Below are positions 1-10,960 of a stretch of 64,000 bases of DNA, in pieces. Location: positions 34,844,001 through 34,908,000 of the forward strand of contig OZ024753.1 in assembly GCA_964016885.1 (NCBI GenBank), given 5' to 3'. Below the pieces are notes generated by a model. That model was not told the origin of the DNA, did no database searches, and worked only from the letters and a program-made list of their open reading frames with translations. Both the position numbers and the translations under genes were made by a program. Each line of letters opens with the position of its first letter. Position 1 is the stretch's first letter. The DNA comes from Eledone cirrhosa (taxonomy: Eukaryota).

Positions 1-94
1 ACAAACTTCACAAGGAAGACATTATTAAAAGATTGTCAACATATTTTAGTTTGATGTAAGGAATGTAGAGAATAATAATAATAATATTAATAAT

Positions 95-285
95 AATTGT
101 TTCTACTTTTGGCACAAGGCCAGCAACTACCCAGTGTATTACTGATACTTTATTTTATCGACCCCGTAAGGATGAAAGGCAAAGTTAACCTTGGCGGGAT
201 TTGAACTCAGAATGGCAAGGGCAGTAACTCTATGCGTCAAAGCATGGCGTCCGACCCTCTACCGATACTGCCAATCCCCCGCCTT
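95..285 (-). mobile_element. tRNA-derived SINE family A (~190 bp)
   Basis: Minus strand reads GATTGGCAGTATCGGTAGAG...GAGTTCAAATCCCGCC (A/B-box-like), CCTTTCATCCTTACGGGGTCGATAAAAT core, GTAGAAACAATT end; many copies in the window. Confidence 0.8.
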
Positions 286-320
286 TAATATTATTAATAA
301 TATTAATAATAATAATGTCC

Positions 321-440
321 GTTTACAATTGTTTCGCCACTCCATATAATATTTCTGGATCAGATGACTATATATCATAATTGATCTGGTTCAGTTGAAA
401 ATAATTAACATATTTAAAAAACAGAGTGGCTCATCGGAAC
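321..440 (-). ncRNA. Hammerhead ribozyme motif (core mutated to CCGATGA)
   Basis: GTT-CCGATGA-GCCACTC...GAGTGGC-GAAA-CAATTG-TA-AAC. Confidence 0.6.
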
Positions 441-573
441 TTCAAAGGAATAGAAATTAAAATAATGGGATAATGTTACATAATATAATGTCCCATATAT
501 TGGTTTTTACTATGGTGTCTTGGTTGCATCAGTTATCCCATTATCCCATTATTTTAATTTATATTCCTTTGAA

Positions 574-693
574 GTTCTGATGAGCCACTCTGTTTTTTAA
601 ATATGTTAATTATTTTCAACTGAACCAGATCAATTATGATATATAGTCATCTGATCCAGAAATATTATATGGAGTAGCGAAACAATTGTAAAC
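574..693 (+). ncRNA. Minimal type-I hammerhead ribozyme with ~80-nt stem II insertion
   Basis: GTT-CTGATGA(577-583)-GCCACTC...GAGTAGC-GAAA-CAATTG-TA-AAC; palindromic stem III ACAATTGT, GUA site. Confidence 0.7.
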
Positions 694-818
694 GGACATT
701 ATTATTATTAATATTATTATTATTATTCTCTACATTCCTCACATCAAACTAAAATATGTTGACAATCTTTTAATAATGTCTTCCTTATGAAGTTTGTGGT
801 CTTGTTTTGCTTAACTAA

Positions 819-852
<34 letters not shown>

Positions 853-864
853 AGGGTTAGGGTA

Positions 865-1474
865 TGTCAGGTCACCAGTTGGTGCTACTGGTAACATGTA
901 TCCCAGTACAACCTGTCTCATGGTCGGGTCATTGGCGACTAAACTGGCAACCCCACCAAGGTATCTTGGTGAGGAGGGTGACTTTGGACATCCTGCAGGA
1001 CTAAAAACAAAACCTGTCAAAGGGCAAAGGAGCTCTTAAGAGTCAATGGCCATCCAAAATCACCGGGAGAGATGACCCCTTAGCCTTTGTCAAGGCAGAA
1101 TTCTAGGAGAAGGAAAACTCTGATATAACACCTGCAACCCTGATGGTATCCAATGATGTTGACTTGTTCTTCTTTTTGGTAAATATCATCTTGGTTAAGA
1201 GAGTGGGACTGGCTTTGTGCAGTGCCTTTGCTCACTATAAAAGCTTCACGGCACAGGCATTGCTTTATATCTGGAGATCTCTCTGCACTTGTCGTCACAT
1301 GGTACCATGGGCCCAGCACTATGTGTCAATAATTGTCACAAGTGTAGTGTTTGTACCAGAGTTTTCAAGTCGCTGGCTGGACTAAAAAGTCACACTCGTT
1401 CAGCGCATCGGTAGGGGTTCTCCTACATGGATATAAAGTAGTGGCCGTACTTGAAAACGAGTTGGCAGCCACCA
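865..1474 (+). mobile_element. 610-bp non-coding retroposon family D, copy 1
   Basis: Near-identical reverse complement at 41276-41885 and truncated copy at 59771-59943; in TA-rich sites; contains CTAGGAGAAGGAAAACTCTGA, reminiscent of RTE 5' UTRs. Confidence 0.75.
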
Positions 1475-1490
1475 TATGTATATATATATA

Positions 1491-2048
1491 TAACAAAGTG
1501 CAGGGCAATAAAGATAGACGGTAGCCACGGAGTAGGCAGACCCAGAAAAACCTGGGACGACATGATAAATTCCGACCTCACACGCTTACACCTCTCCAAG
1601 ACAATGTCACTGGACCGAGACCTTTGGTGGTACTCAGTAATAGAGAAGACCCGCCTTACCTAAATACAAAGTAAAACCTACTACAGTCAGTAGGCATCTC
1701 TAACAAAACACACCCCCGTCCCACCACCCCCACCCCATCCACACCGCCCCTTTCAATGTAAAGTTATGTTGGTGCTACAACATCCAGGCCGAAACAAATG
1801 AGATCGTGTAGGTGTCATGACAAAAAACACACAGTCCATGCTGTAATGTGGCCGTGTAGGCAACACGGTAAAAACCTCCCAGCCCCACACTGTAAATGTG
1901 GTTGGTGTTAGGAAGGGCATCCAGCTGTAGAAAATCCGCCAGACAGTCCTATGCGAGCAAGACAATCACTCTTGCCTCAAGTGGGAAAACCCCCGTCCAA
2001 ACCCATGCAAGCGTGGAACACGGACGTTAAACGTTGATGATGATGATG

Positions 2049-2050
<2 letters not shown>
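1491..2050 (+). mobile_element. RTE-clade LINE 3' end (5'-truncated)
   Basis: GRPRKTWDD...DRDLW C-terminal RTE motif, 3' UTR, (GAT)n tail; copies at 47316 and 59097. Confidence 0.8.
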
Positions 2051-2080
<30 letters not shown>

Positions 2081-2103
2081 GTATATATATATATATATGT
2101 ATA

Positions 2104-2184
<81 letters not shown>

Positions 2185-2463
2185 AGTAATAATAATAAAA
2201 TTGAAGACTAAAATCCAAAGAGGGCTCGATAAGGAAAATATATAACAATACATTGCTTAAACTTTAATCTGTTATTTTAATAAATATATATATATGTATA
2301 TATATATATGTATATATATATACTATGCTAGGGAAAGGATCAGGGGTGTATAACACTCCACTTATCCAGCAGGCAGTATGAGGTTAGCTCAATGTCTGAG
2401 GACAGAGCCATAATATAATAAATAAATAACAAAGAACGCTTATAGCATATGCATATCTTTACT

Positions 2464-2509
2464 TGCTAACATTGTTTCATCCACACTATAAGTGGGACTC
2501 ATCAGAGCA
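2464..2509 (-). ncRNA. Minimal hammerhead ribozyme
   Basis: TGCT-CTGATGA-GTCCCACTTATAGTGTGGAT-GAAA-CAATG-TT-AGCA. Confidence 0.75.
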
Positions 2510-3242
2510 TAAAGGTTAATTACATACCATACAAGCAATAACAAATCCAAGACATTGAAGAATGAAAGGTAATAATAGACGATAGAGGATAAGAATAAAA
2601 AGTAAATAAAAATAAAAGTGAAAATAAAAATAAAAATAAAAATGAAAATAAGGGGTGCTATCTGTCACAGTTGGGCGGTGTGCTGTCAACATATAGTTAC
2701 ATACAAGCATACACATGGATAAGAGAACAGACAAGAGTAGACACATGGATAAGAGAACAGACAAGAGTAGATAAGATAATGGGATTAGGTAAGAGTAGGT
2801 AAAAAATAGGTAAAAAATAGGTAAAAAATAGGTAAAAAACAGACTTATAATATATATAAAAAGAAATACAAAGAAATACATAACAAACTTACATATAAAA
2901 TATAAAATATAGGGTAAGGAATGAGATAAAATAATATACAATTAAAAATTAAAAATTATATACATAGAACATAATATAGTATAATCGTAAAATAAGATAA
3001 AATAAGGTAAACTAAAATCAAATAACATAGACTAAATTAAAATTAAAATAAAATTAAAATCAAATGTGTAATTATAATTATATGTATAATTAAATGTAAT
3101 TAAATGTAATTAAATAAATAAATAAAGAAATAAATAAATAAAAATTAAAAAAAAATTAAAAATTAAAAATTAAAAATTAAATAAATAAATAAAATTTAAA
3201 TTTAAATTTTAAAATTTTAAAATTAAAATCTAAATTTAAATA

Positions 3243-3273
<31 letters not shown>

Positions 3274-3931
3274 ATATTTTACATTTAATATATTACATTT
3301 AATATATTACATTTAATATATTACATTTAATTACATTTAATTATACATATAATTATAATTACACATTTGATTTTAATTTTATTTTAATTTTAATTTAGTC
3401 TATGTTATTTGATTTTAGTTTACCTTATTTTATCTTATTTTACGATTATACTATATTATGTTCTATGTATATAATTTTTAATTTTTAATTGTATATTATT
3501 TTATCTCATTCCTTACCCTATATTTTATATTTTATATGTAAGTTTGTTATGTATTTCTTTGTATTTCTTTTTATATATATTATAAGTCTGTTTTTTACCT
3601 ATTTTTTACCTATTTTTTACCTATTTTTTACCTATTTTTTACCTACTCTTACCTAATCCCATTATCTTATCTACTCTTGTCTGTTCTCTTATCCATGTGT
3701 CTACTCTTGTCTGTTCTCTTATCCATGTGTATGCTTGTATGTAACTATATGTTGACAGCACACCGCCCAACTGTGACAGATAGCACCCCTTATTTTCATT
3801 TTTATTTTTATTTTTATTTTCACTTTTATTTTTATTTACTTTTTATTCTTATCCTCTATCGTCTATTATTACCTTTCATTCTTCAATGTCTTGGATTTGT
3901 TATTGCTTGTATGGTATGTAATTAACCTTTA

Positions 3932-3977
3932 TGCTCTGATGAGTCCCACTTATAGTGTGGATGAAACAATGTTAGCA
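3932..3977 (+). ncRNA. Minimal hammerhead ribozyme
   Basis: TGCT-CTGATGA(3936-3942)-GTCC..GGAT-GAAA-CAATG-TT-AGCA; stem I TGCT/AGCA perfect. Confidence 0.75.
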
Positions 3978-4023
3978 AGTAAAGATATGCATATGCTATA
4001 AGCGTTCTTTGTTATTTATTTAT

Positions 4024-4055
<32 letters not shown>

Positions 4056-4073
4056 CATATATATATATATATG

Positions 4074-4223
<150 letters not shown>

Positions 4224-4224
4224 G

Positions 4225-4441
4225 TATCATCATCATCATCAACGTTTAACGTCCGTGTTCCACGCTTGCATGGGTTTGGACGGGGGTTTTCCCACTTGAG
4301 GCAAGAGTGATTGTCTTGCTCGCATAGGACTATCTGGCGGGTTTTCTACAGCTGGATGCCCTTCCTAACACCAACCACATTTACAGTGTGGGGCTGGGAG
4401 GTTTTTACCGTGTTGCCTACACGGCCACATTACAGCGTGGA

Positions 4442-4445
<4 letters not shown>
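4225..4445 (-). mobile_element. RTE LINE 3' UTR fragment
   Basis: Reverse complement of ~1832-2050 with a few mismatches. Confidence 0.75.
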
Positions 4446-4487
<42 letters not shown>

Positions 4488-4624
4488 CTCTTGTTAGTAG
4501 GGAATGCAGACGTTAAAATGGCGATGATGATGATATCATCACTATTTTCGACACTGAAGTGAACCTAAACATCGAATGGTCCCCCGGGTGAACCTACAGT
4601 AACTCCAAGTTACACTCCCTGCAT

Positions 4625-4681
<57 letters not shown>

Positions 4682-4683
<2 letters not shown>

Positions 4684-5020
4684 GTATTAGGTAATTCCGA
4701 AGGAAAAGCAAAGGAAAAAAGAGTGCTCTATGTATAGAACAGAGCTATTCAATTAGAAAGTGAACAACACAATATATAACTACTCCATTACCAAAGGTTT
4801 CTGGATCCCAGACAATGATAATATACATCTGGATTGGTCGTCAGACAGAGATGTTAGGGTTAGGGTTAACATCCAGACGTATATTATTGTCACAGGTCCT
4901 GAAACCTTTGGTAATGGAGTAGTTATATCTTGTGTTGTTCACTTTCTAATTAAATAGCTCTGTTCTATACATAGAGCACTCTTTTTTCCTTTGCTTTTCC
5001 TTCGGAATTACCTAAAACAT
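4682..5020. mobile_element. Palindromic PLE-like element with degenerate hammerhead (4784-4849, minus) and TTAGGG repeats at centre
   Basis: Arms ~4682-4833 / ~4871-5020; TCTGT-CTGACGA...GAAA-CCTTTGG-TA-ATGGA; between (TA)n tracts. Confidence 0.65.
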
Positions 5021-5038
5021 ATATATATATATATATAC

Positions 5039-5321
5039 CCCCCACTGCAAGGTGGTCATGGAGGTGCCACGGCAAAAAAGCACCCAGCCCACACTGTAAA
5101 GTGGACGTGTAGGCGCCACAAAAAAGCACCCAGCACTCACTGTAATGAGGTTGGTGTTAGGAAGGGCATCCAGCTGTAGAAGTCAAGCCAGATCAGTTCC
5201 TGTATGAGCAAGGCATGGTCAGCCGACCAGACACTGCCCACAACAGGACAACCTGTCTAACCCATGCTAGCGTGGAAGAACGGACATAAAACAGTGATGA
5301 TGATGATGATGATGATGATGA
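5039..5321 (+). mobile_element. SINE family B 3' portion (variant tail)
   Basis: GGTGTTAGGAAGGGCATCCAGCTGTAGAA motif, (GAT)n tail. Confidence 0.65.
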
Positions 5322-5379
5322 TATATAGTATTAATATATAAGGGAACAAAGAATCAGTTTTCCATCATATACATATTTA

Positions 5380-5464
5380 ATTACATATGTTTCACTGTCG
5401 ATCAGCTCAAGGAACAATCTATTCATGATTGAACCTGACTCTGGAATCAGAAGCTCCTCAGATA
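5380..5464 (-). ncRNA. Hammerhead-like motif (weak stem I)
   Basis: AT-CTGAGGA-GCT...AGT-GAAA-CATATG-TA-AT; palindromic stem III ACATATGT. Confidence 0.5.
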
Positions 5465-5484
5465 TGTTTTAACATGTAGACTCA

Positions 5485-5790
5485 TGGAGGCACATGGCTT
5501 AGTGGTTAGAGCATTGGCCTTGTAATCGAAAGGTTGTGAGTTCAATTCTCAGACCAGGTGATGTGTTGTTTTCTTGAGCAAGATACTTTATTTCACATTG
5601 CTCCAGTTTACTGGGGTCCCTATCATTCCACTGTAAAGTGTTCGTGGAGGTGCCACGGCAAAAAAGCACCCAGCACTCACTGTAAATGAGGTTGGTGTTA
5701 GGAAGGGCATCCAGCTGTAGAAATCAAGCCAGAATCAGTTCCCGTCCCACCTTTGCAAGCAGGGAAAAGCGGACGTAAAATGATGAGATG
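5485..5790 (+). mobile_element. tRNA-derived SINE family B (CORE-like centre, RTE-like tail)
   Basis: GGCTTAGTGGTTAGAGC and GAGTTCAATTCTC boxes, TTGAGCAAGATACTT core, GGACGTAAAATGATG tail; small internal deletion. Confidence 0.8.
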
Positions 5791-5851
5791 ATATATATAT
5801 ATACATATAATAGTGATTAACGAAAGATATATACTTTATATCATCTCCATT

Positions 5852-5931
5852 TATTTCATTATATATACATTTCGAAGATGTAAAGTTTTATGTATACAAT
5901 AAAGCAAAACATATCCTCCTCAGATAAAATA
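5852..5931 (-). ncRNA. Hammerhead ribozyme motif
   Basis: TATTTTAT-CTGAGGA-GGA...TTC-GAAA-TGTATATA-TA-ATGAAATA; 8-bp stem I. Confidence 0.65.
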
Positions 5932-6209
5932 TATAGAAATTGTATAATCTTTTTTCTGATATATATACATATATATCATCATTTAATGTCCATTTTCCTT
6001 GCTAGCAAGGATTCGATATGTCAGTTCTTGAGCAGAGCTACTGACATCTCAGATGGCCTGCACCTCACTTATGTTCCCACACATTACTAAGGGACCATTA
6101 CAAGCGACCAGAAACTCACTCACATATGTACTCATGAAGAATCCTCGCGACCCTTAGTTTGACAAGTTTACATACGTTTTGTTATTGATGAGATATTAAA
6201 GGTACTTAC

Positions 6210-6291
6210 CTGCTCTACCACGACTGAGGCTATTATCACGATACTGCTCACAAAATTACAGTTGGCCACTAATGCAATATTATCATAATTC
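6210..6291 (-). CDS. Candidate 82-nt internal exon of an unidentified host gene (NYDNIALVANCNFVSSIVIIASVVVEQ)
   Basis: Long polypyrimidine tract + TTCAG acceptor, consensus CAG|GTAAGT donor, one open frame; no family recognised. Confidence 0.45.
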
Positions 6292-6671
6292 CTGAAGATA
6301 GAAAAAAAACAGAAGAAAAAGATAAATATTTGACAAAAATGTATTTTAACCCTTTTGATACCAAACCACATTTCGGTCCACCCATTATTCTAAAATACAA
6401 AACCTCAAAACATTTAAAATCATTTTTCTTTAACAACCTTCCATCATAATTTTATGTAAAACCCCTTGTTGTTAAGTTACATTCCAAGCACCAAGTTAGT
6501 TATTTTACTTACTACTTCGAAATACTTGGTTATTTTTTACAATTATTTGAAATGCGTAGGAAGAGTATTTCATTAGAACTTTGGTAATAAAATGGTGAAT
6601 TATGAAAGAAGAAGTAGAAGTCATTTTCTTTGCTAAAAAAGGAGGGAGGAAAGGAAATTCAATTAAATCGG

Positions 6672-6824
6672 TCCCAGTGTGTTGCTGGTACTTTATTTTA
6701 TTGATGAAAGGGTGGAAAGTAAAGCTAACCGTGGCAGGATTTGAACTCAGAACATAAAGGGCTGAAACTATATGCTGCAAAGTTTGTTATCTGACGCTCT
6801 ACAGATACTGCCGATCTACCACCC
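6672..6824 (-). mobile_element. SINE family A (diverged)
   Basis: GGATTTGAACTCAGAAC and central core similarity. Confidence 0.6.
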
Positions 6825-6987
6825 TACAGTTCATAGTAATAATGATGAGAGCAACACCACTATTTCCTTATAATGGTGGAATAACAAGCTAAACTGAGGT
6901 ATAATTGGCCTTCATTCTGAAAATGCCATTACATATATTCAGTTCCATCATTATCATAGTTATCAAACCTTATTATTGACATATATA

Positions 6988-7178
6988 CGGTGGATTGGCA
7001 GTATCGGTAGAGAGTCAGACGCCATGCTTTGAAGCATAGAGTTACGTCCCTTTATGATCTGAGTTCAAATCCCGCCGAGGTTAACTTTGCCTTTCATCCT
7101 TACGGGGGTCGATAAAATAAAGTACCAGTAATGTACTGGGTAATTTGCTGGCCTTGTGCCAAAAGTAGAAACAATTAT
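6988..7178 (+). mobile_element. SINE family A
   Basis: Full-length match to the other family A copies. Confidence 0.8.
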
Positions 7179-7309
7179 TGACATATATACATTTGTGTGT
7201 GTGTGTAAATACACACACAAACATACAGACTTATGACTGCATGCTGGTATGTATTTGTACATACTAATATGTATGTGTATACATATGTATGTGTATACAC
7301 TCACACACA

Positions 7310-7359
7310 CACATGTATATATTTATACATGTGTATATACAAATATAAATATATAAATT

Positions 7360-7405
<46 letters not shown>

Positions 7406-7655
7406 AATATTTATATACATGTATATATTTATACATGTGTATATACAAATATAAATATATAAATTTATGTGTATATATATATATATATATACACGTATAA
7501 ATATTTATATACATGTATATATTTATACATGTGTATATACAAATATAAATATATAAATTTATGTGTATATATATATATATATATATACACGTATAAATAT
7601 TTATATACATGTATATATTTATACATGTGTATATACAAATATAAATATATAAATT

Positions 7656-7696
<41 letters not shown>

Positions 7697-7890
7697 GTAT
7701 AAATATTTATATACATGTATATATTTATACATGTGTATATATTTATATTTGTATATACACATGTATATATATACACGTATAAATATTTATATACATGTAT
7801 ATATTTATACATGTGTATACGCAAATATAAATATATAAATTTATGTGTATATATATATATATATACACGTATAAATATTTATACACATAT
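7310..7890. repeat. TA-rich minisatellite (~85-90 bp unit with variable (TA)n)
   Basis: Recurrent ACACGTATAAATATTTATATACATGTATATATTTATACATGTG. Confidence 0.75.
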
Positions 7891-7953
7891 ATATATTTAT
7901 GTGCATATATAATTATATGCATGTATATATGTGTGTATATCTATCTATCTATC

Positions 7954-8938
7954 TGCCTGGCACACTGAGTGTGCCCAGGCGCTCACCGCCCTCTGGCAGG
8001 CGGATCCGGTTGTCAGTGGAGACTCCACCGCAACATTCTATAGAGGGCTGGTACGCAACAGGTGCGACGACGCCCTCGGAGAAGCCCTAGACATGGAGGA
8101 GGACGAACTGGCTAGCCTGTTCGGTAGGACATTCAGCCCGGGACCTATGGACAACTTCCAGAAGTCCCTGGCCTGGCAGTGCTACCGAGGGGCTTTACCC
8201 GTTCGAGAAAGGCTCTACAGACACGGGCGCCCGGGTAGGGACCCCGCCAAAAAGATCTGTCCCAGATGCGTGTGCGACGAGGAAACCGTTGCACACGCAT
8301 TAGTACACTGCTCGGGCGTAGCCGATCTGTGGGGCTATGTCGAACAACTGCTGTCAAGGGTGGGACCGATCCGGCTGACCACCGAGTCTATTGTAATGAT
8401 CAAGCCGCCTCCCCCCTTCAAAGATGAAGCAGAGGCGGTGTTTCTGTGCGTAATAGCCATGGCGAAAGAGGTTGTATGGTGGACGCGTCTGAAAGGACTG
8501 AGGTCGGGCACCTTTCTCTCTGGCCAACAACTGGTCCGTTTCTTCCGATATCATTTCGGAAGAAGGATCAGGATGGAGAGAGAGGTGCTGCACCCCAGCC
8601 GTTTCTATGAAAGATGGGTGAAAGTGGCGAGAATGGCCCGTGTGAATGGGCCTTCACTCTACATCAGACTATAGGTGAGGAAGATGAAAGACCAAGGGAG
8701 CACCCCCTCTCTGTGCTCCTGAGGAGAAGGGTTGCACACTTTTTTCGGGGGTGTGTGCGACCCCCCAAGGCGCCTCCTCTCTATTGAGGATTTTGTTAAA
8801 AATTTTATTTTTTGTTATATCTTATTTTATTTTTATATTTTGTTATTGCCTCCTCCTTATTGAGGACGCCTTTTTGTGAAAACTCCCCCCATTGTACTTG
8901 TCCCACTTTTGATGCCCTAGTGGCAAATAAAAGAAATA
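7954..8938 (+). mobile_element. L1/Tx1-clade LINE 3' end: ORF2 C-terminus with CCHC zinc knuckle (ORF ends 8674) plus 3' UTR
   Basis: CPRCVCDEETVAHALVHC zf-RVT-like motif; GC-rich; AATAAA near 3' end; 5' junction in (ATCT)n. Confidence 0.8.
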
Positions 8939-8958
8939 TATCTAACTACATATATATG

Positions 8959-9009
<51 letters not shown>

Positions 9010-9011
<2 letters not shown>

Positions 9012-9108
9012 CGAAGGAAATGTGGTAAGGAACCACGTGGACCATAACGCACCAAAGTACTCAATACGTCGAAACGGCTTGAGCTCAGCTGTCGGGGTCT
9101 TACTGGTT

Positions 9109-9110
<2 letters not shown>
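9010..9110. mobile_element. PLE-like 3' remnant with inversion, partial hammerhead (GAAA-stem III-GTC)
   Basis: Shares sequence with 58097-58224 and 59511-59760; GAAACGGCTTGAGCTCAGCTGTC. Confidence 0.6.
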
Positions 9111-9144
<34 letters not shown>

Positions 9145-9258
9145 TAAGAGGAATTCCAACTTTGTCTGATTTACTCGTTTTATTTACAATCCTTTAAAAT
9201 ATATATAATGGTATTATAATGAAATAGTATGATAGAATATTAAATTCTAAGTGTTAAT

Positions 9259-9297
9259 TGAACAAGTACTTTCATGCTTTCGCAATCTTCAGGTTCA
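9259..9297 (-). ncRNA. Minimal hammerhead ribozyme
   Basis: Reverse complement of 9386-9424. Confidence 0.7.
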
Positions 9298-9385
9298 TGA
9301 TATGTGGTGACAGTCGAGTTTGCAATTTTCAACTGTCGAATTTTCAACAGTTGAAAATTGCAAACTCGACTGTCACCACATATCA

Positions 9386-9424
9386 TGAACCTGAAGATTG
9401 CGAAAGCATGAAAGTACTTGTTCA
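9386..9424 (+). ncRNA. Minimal hammerhead ribozyme (39 nt)
   Basis: TGAAC-CTGAAGA-TTGCGAAAGCAT-GAAA-GTAC-TT-GTTCA; palindromic AAGTACTT; GAAA tetraloop in stem II. Confidence 0.7.
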
Positions 9425-9975
9425 ATTAACACTTAGAATTTAATATTCTATCATACTATTTCATTATAATACCATTATATATATTTTAAAGGATTGTAAA
9501 TAAAACGAGTAAATCAGACAAAGTTGGAATTCCTCTTATTAATATAATCTTCTATACACAATCATACACACCCGTGTATATTTACCTATCTATATCTATA
9601 TATATATATATATATATACATACACATATGAGTGTGAGAGAGAGAGTGTGTGTTTGTGAACACACAATAATACAGACGCACACACACAGAGTAAGTATTG
9701 GGTTTTTTTCTCCACATCGATTATAAACAAACAGTATTTTGGCACAAATTGAATCTAATTTCTAGAAGAGGAAGTGAATTATAAGCGATACACAATTTGT
9801 GTAACTGGTGTGAAGATATTTATGATTCGTGGTTTTGTCCATTTGGCTTCACAATGCAAACAGCCTCCACAGTGATTCCATACAAGATATCTTAAAACAA
9901 TTAACAATGTTTCCACTGGGCTTCCTCTTCCTGATGCCAGCAATGGAGAGGTGTTGTATATTGAAGAGATGCTAG

Positions 9976-9979
<4 letters not shown>

Positions 9980-10041
<62 letters not shown>

Positions 10042-10062
10042 GTATATATATATACATGTATA

Positions 10063-10102
<40 letters not shown>

Positions 10103-10347
10103 CATATATACATACACACACATATATACACATATATATATATATACATACAGACACATATGCACATATATATATACACAAAAATATATACATATATATA
10201 TTTATATATACATACATATATATTTATATATACATACATATATATTTATATATACATACATATATATATATACATACATATATATATACATACATATATA
10301 TTTATATATACATATATATTTATATATACATATATATTTATATATAC

Positions 10348-10382
<35 letters not shown>

Positions 10383-10391
10383 CATATATAC

Positions 10392-10476
<85 letters not shown>

Positions 10477-10597
10477 CATATATATATATACATATATATA
10501 TATACATATATATATACATATATACATATATATACATATATACATATATATACATATATACATATATATATATACATATATACATATATATATATAT

Positions 10598-10630
<33 letters not shown>

Positions 10631-10716
10631 TATATACATATATACATATATATACATATATATACATATATATACATACATATATATACATATATGAAAT
10701 GAATGAAATATATATG

Positions 10717-10749
<33 letters not shown>

Positions 10750-10758
10750 ATGTGTATG

Positions 10759-10791
<33 letters not shown>

Positions 10792-10800
10792 GTGTGTGTG

Positions 10801-10840
<40 letters not shown>

Positions 10841-10960
10841 TATACACATATATATACACATATATACACACACATATATATGTACACATATATATATATA
10901 ATATATATATACAACATATATATATATATACATACATATGTGTGTGTGGTGTGTGTGTGT
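9980..10960. repeat. (TA)n/(TACA)n/(TG)n microsatellite complex
   Basis: Direct inspection. Confidence 0.95.

Larger units (their letters stand above)
1..818. mobile_element. Palindromic hammerhead-bearing non-autonomous PLE-like element (left arm cut by window edge and interrupted by a SINE)
   Basis: 1-~75 and ~310-480 are reverse complements of ~720-797 and ~533-705; hammerhead cores in both arms; ends in (TA)n. Confidence 0.75.
2323..4025. mobile_element. 1.7-kb palindromic hammerhead element with unique tail on the left (2323-~2410)
   Basis: ~2412-3110 is the reverse complement of ~3320-4025; AT-rich centre; hammerheads in both arms; flanked by (TA)n. Confidence 0.8.
9140..9597. mobile_element. 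Palindromic hammerhead element with tail 9544-9597
   Basis: ~195-bp near-perfect inverted arms centred ~9342; (TA)n on both sides. Confidence 0.8.

Noticed and set aside
865-950. HDV-like ribozyme at the 5' end of family D (hairpin GTCG..CGAC, CTAA, ACTGG)
   Set aside because: Could not fit P1/P3/L3 with canonical spacing by eye; needs a descriptor search
1080-1385. Conserved short ORFs duplicated at 41365-41670
   Set aside because: Identity reflects recent copies of family D; no recognisable domain
2516-2941. Hydrophobic ORF mirrored at 3677-3925; also mirrored ORFs 9240-9443
   Set aside because: Low-complexity by-products of palindromic non-coding elements
5485-5560. tRNA genes at SINE heads
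   Set aside because: A/B-box-like motifs belong to repeated SINEs; no complete cloverleaf
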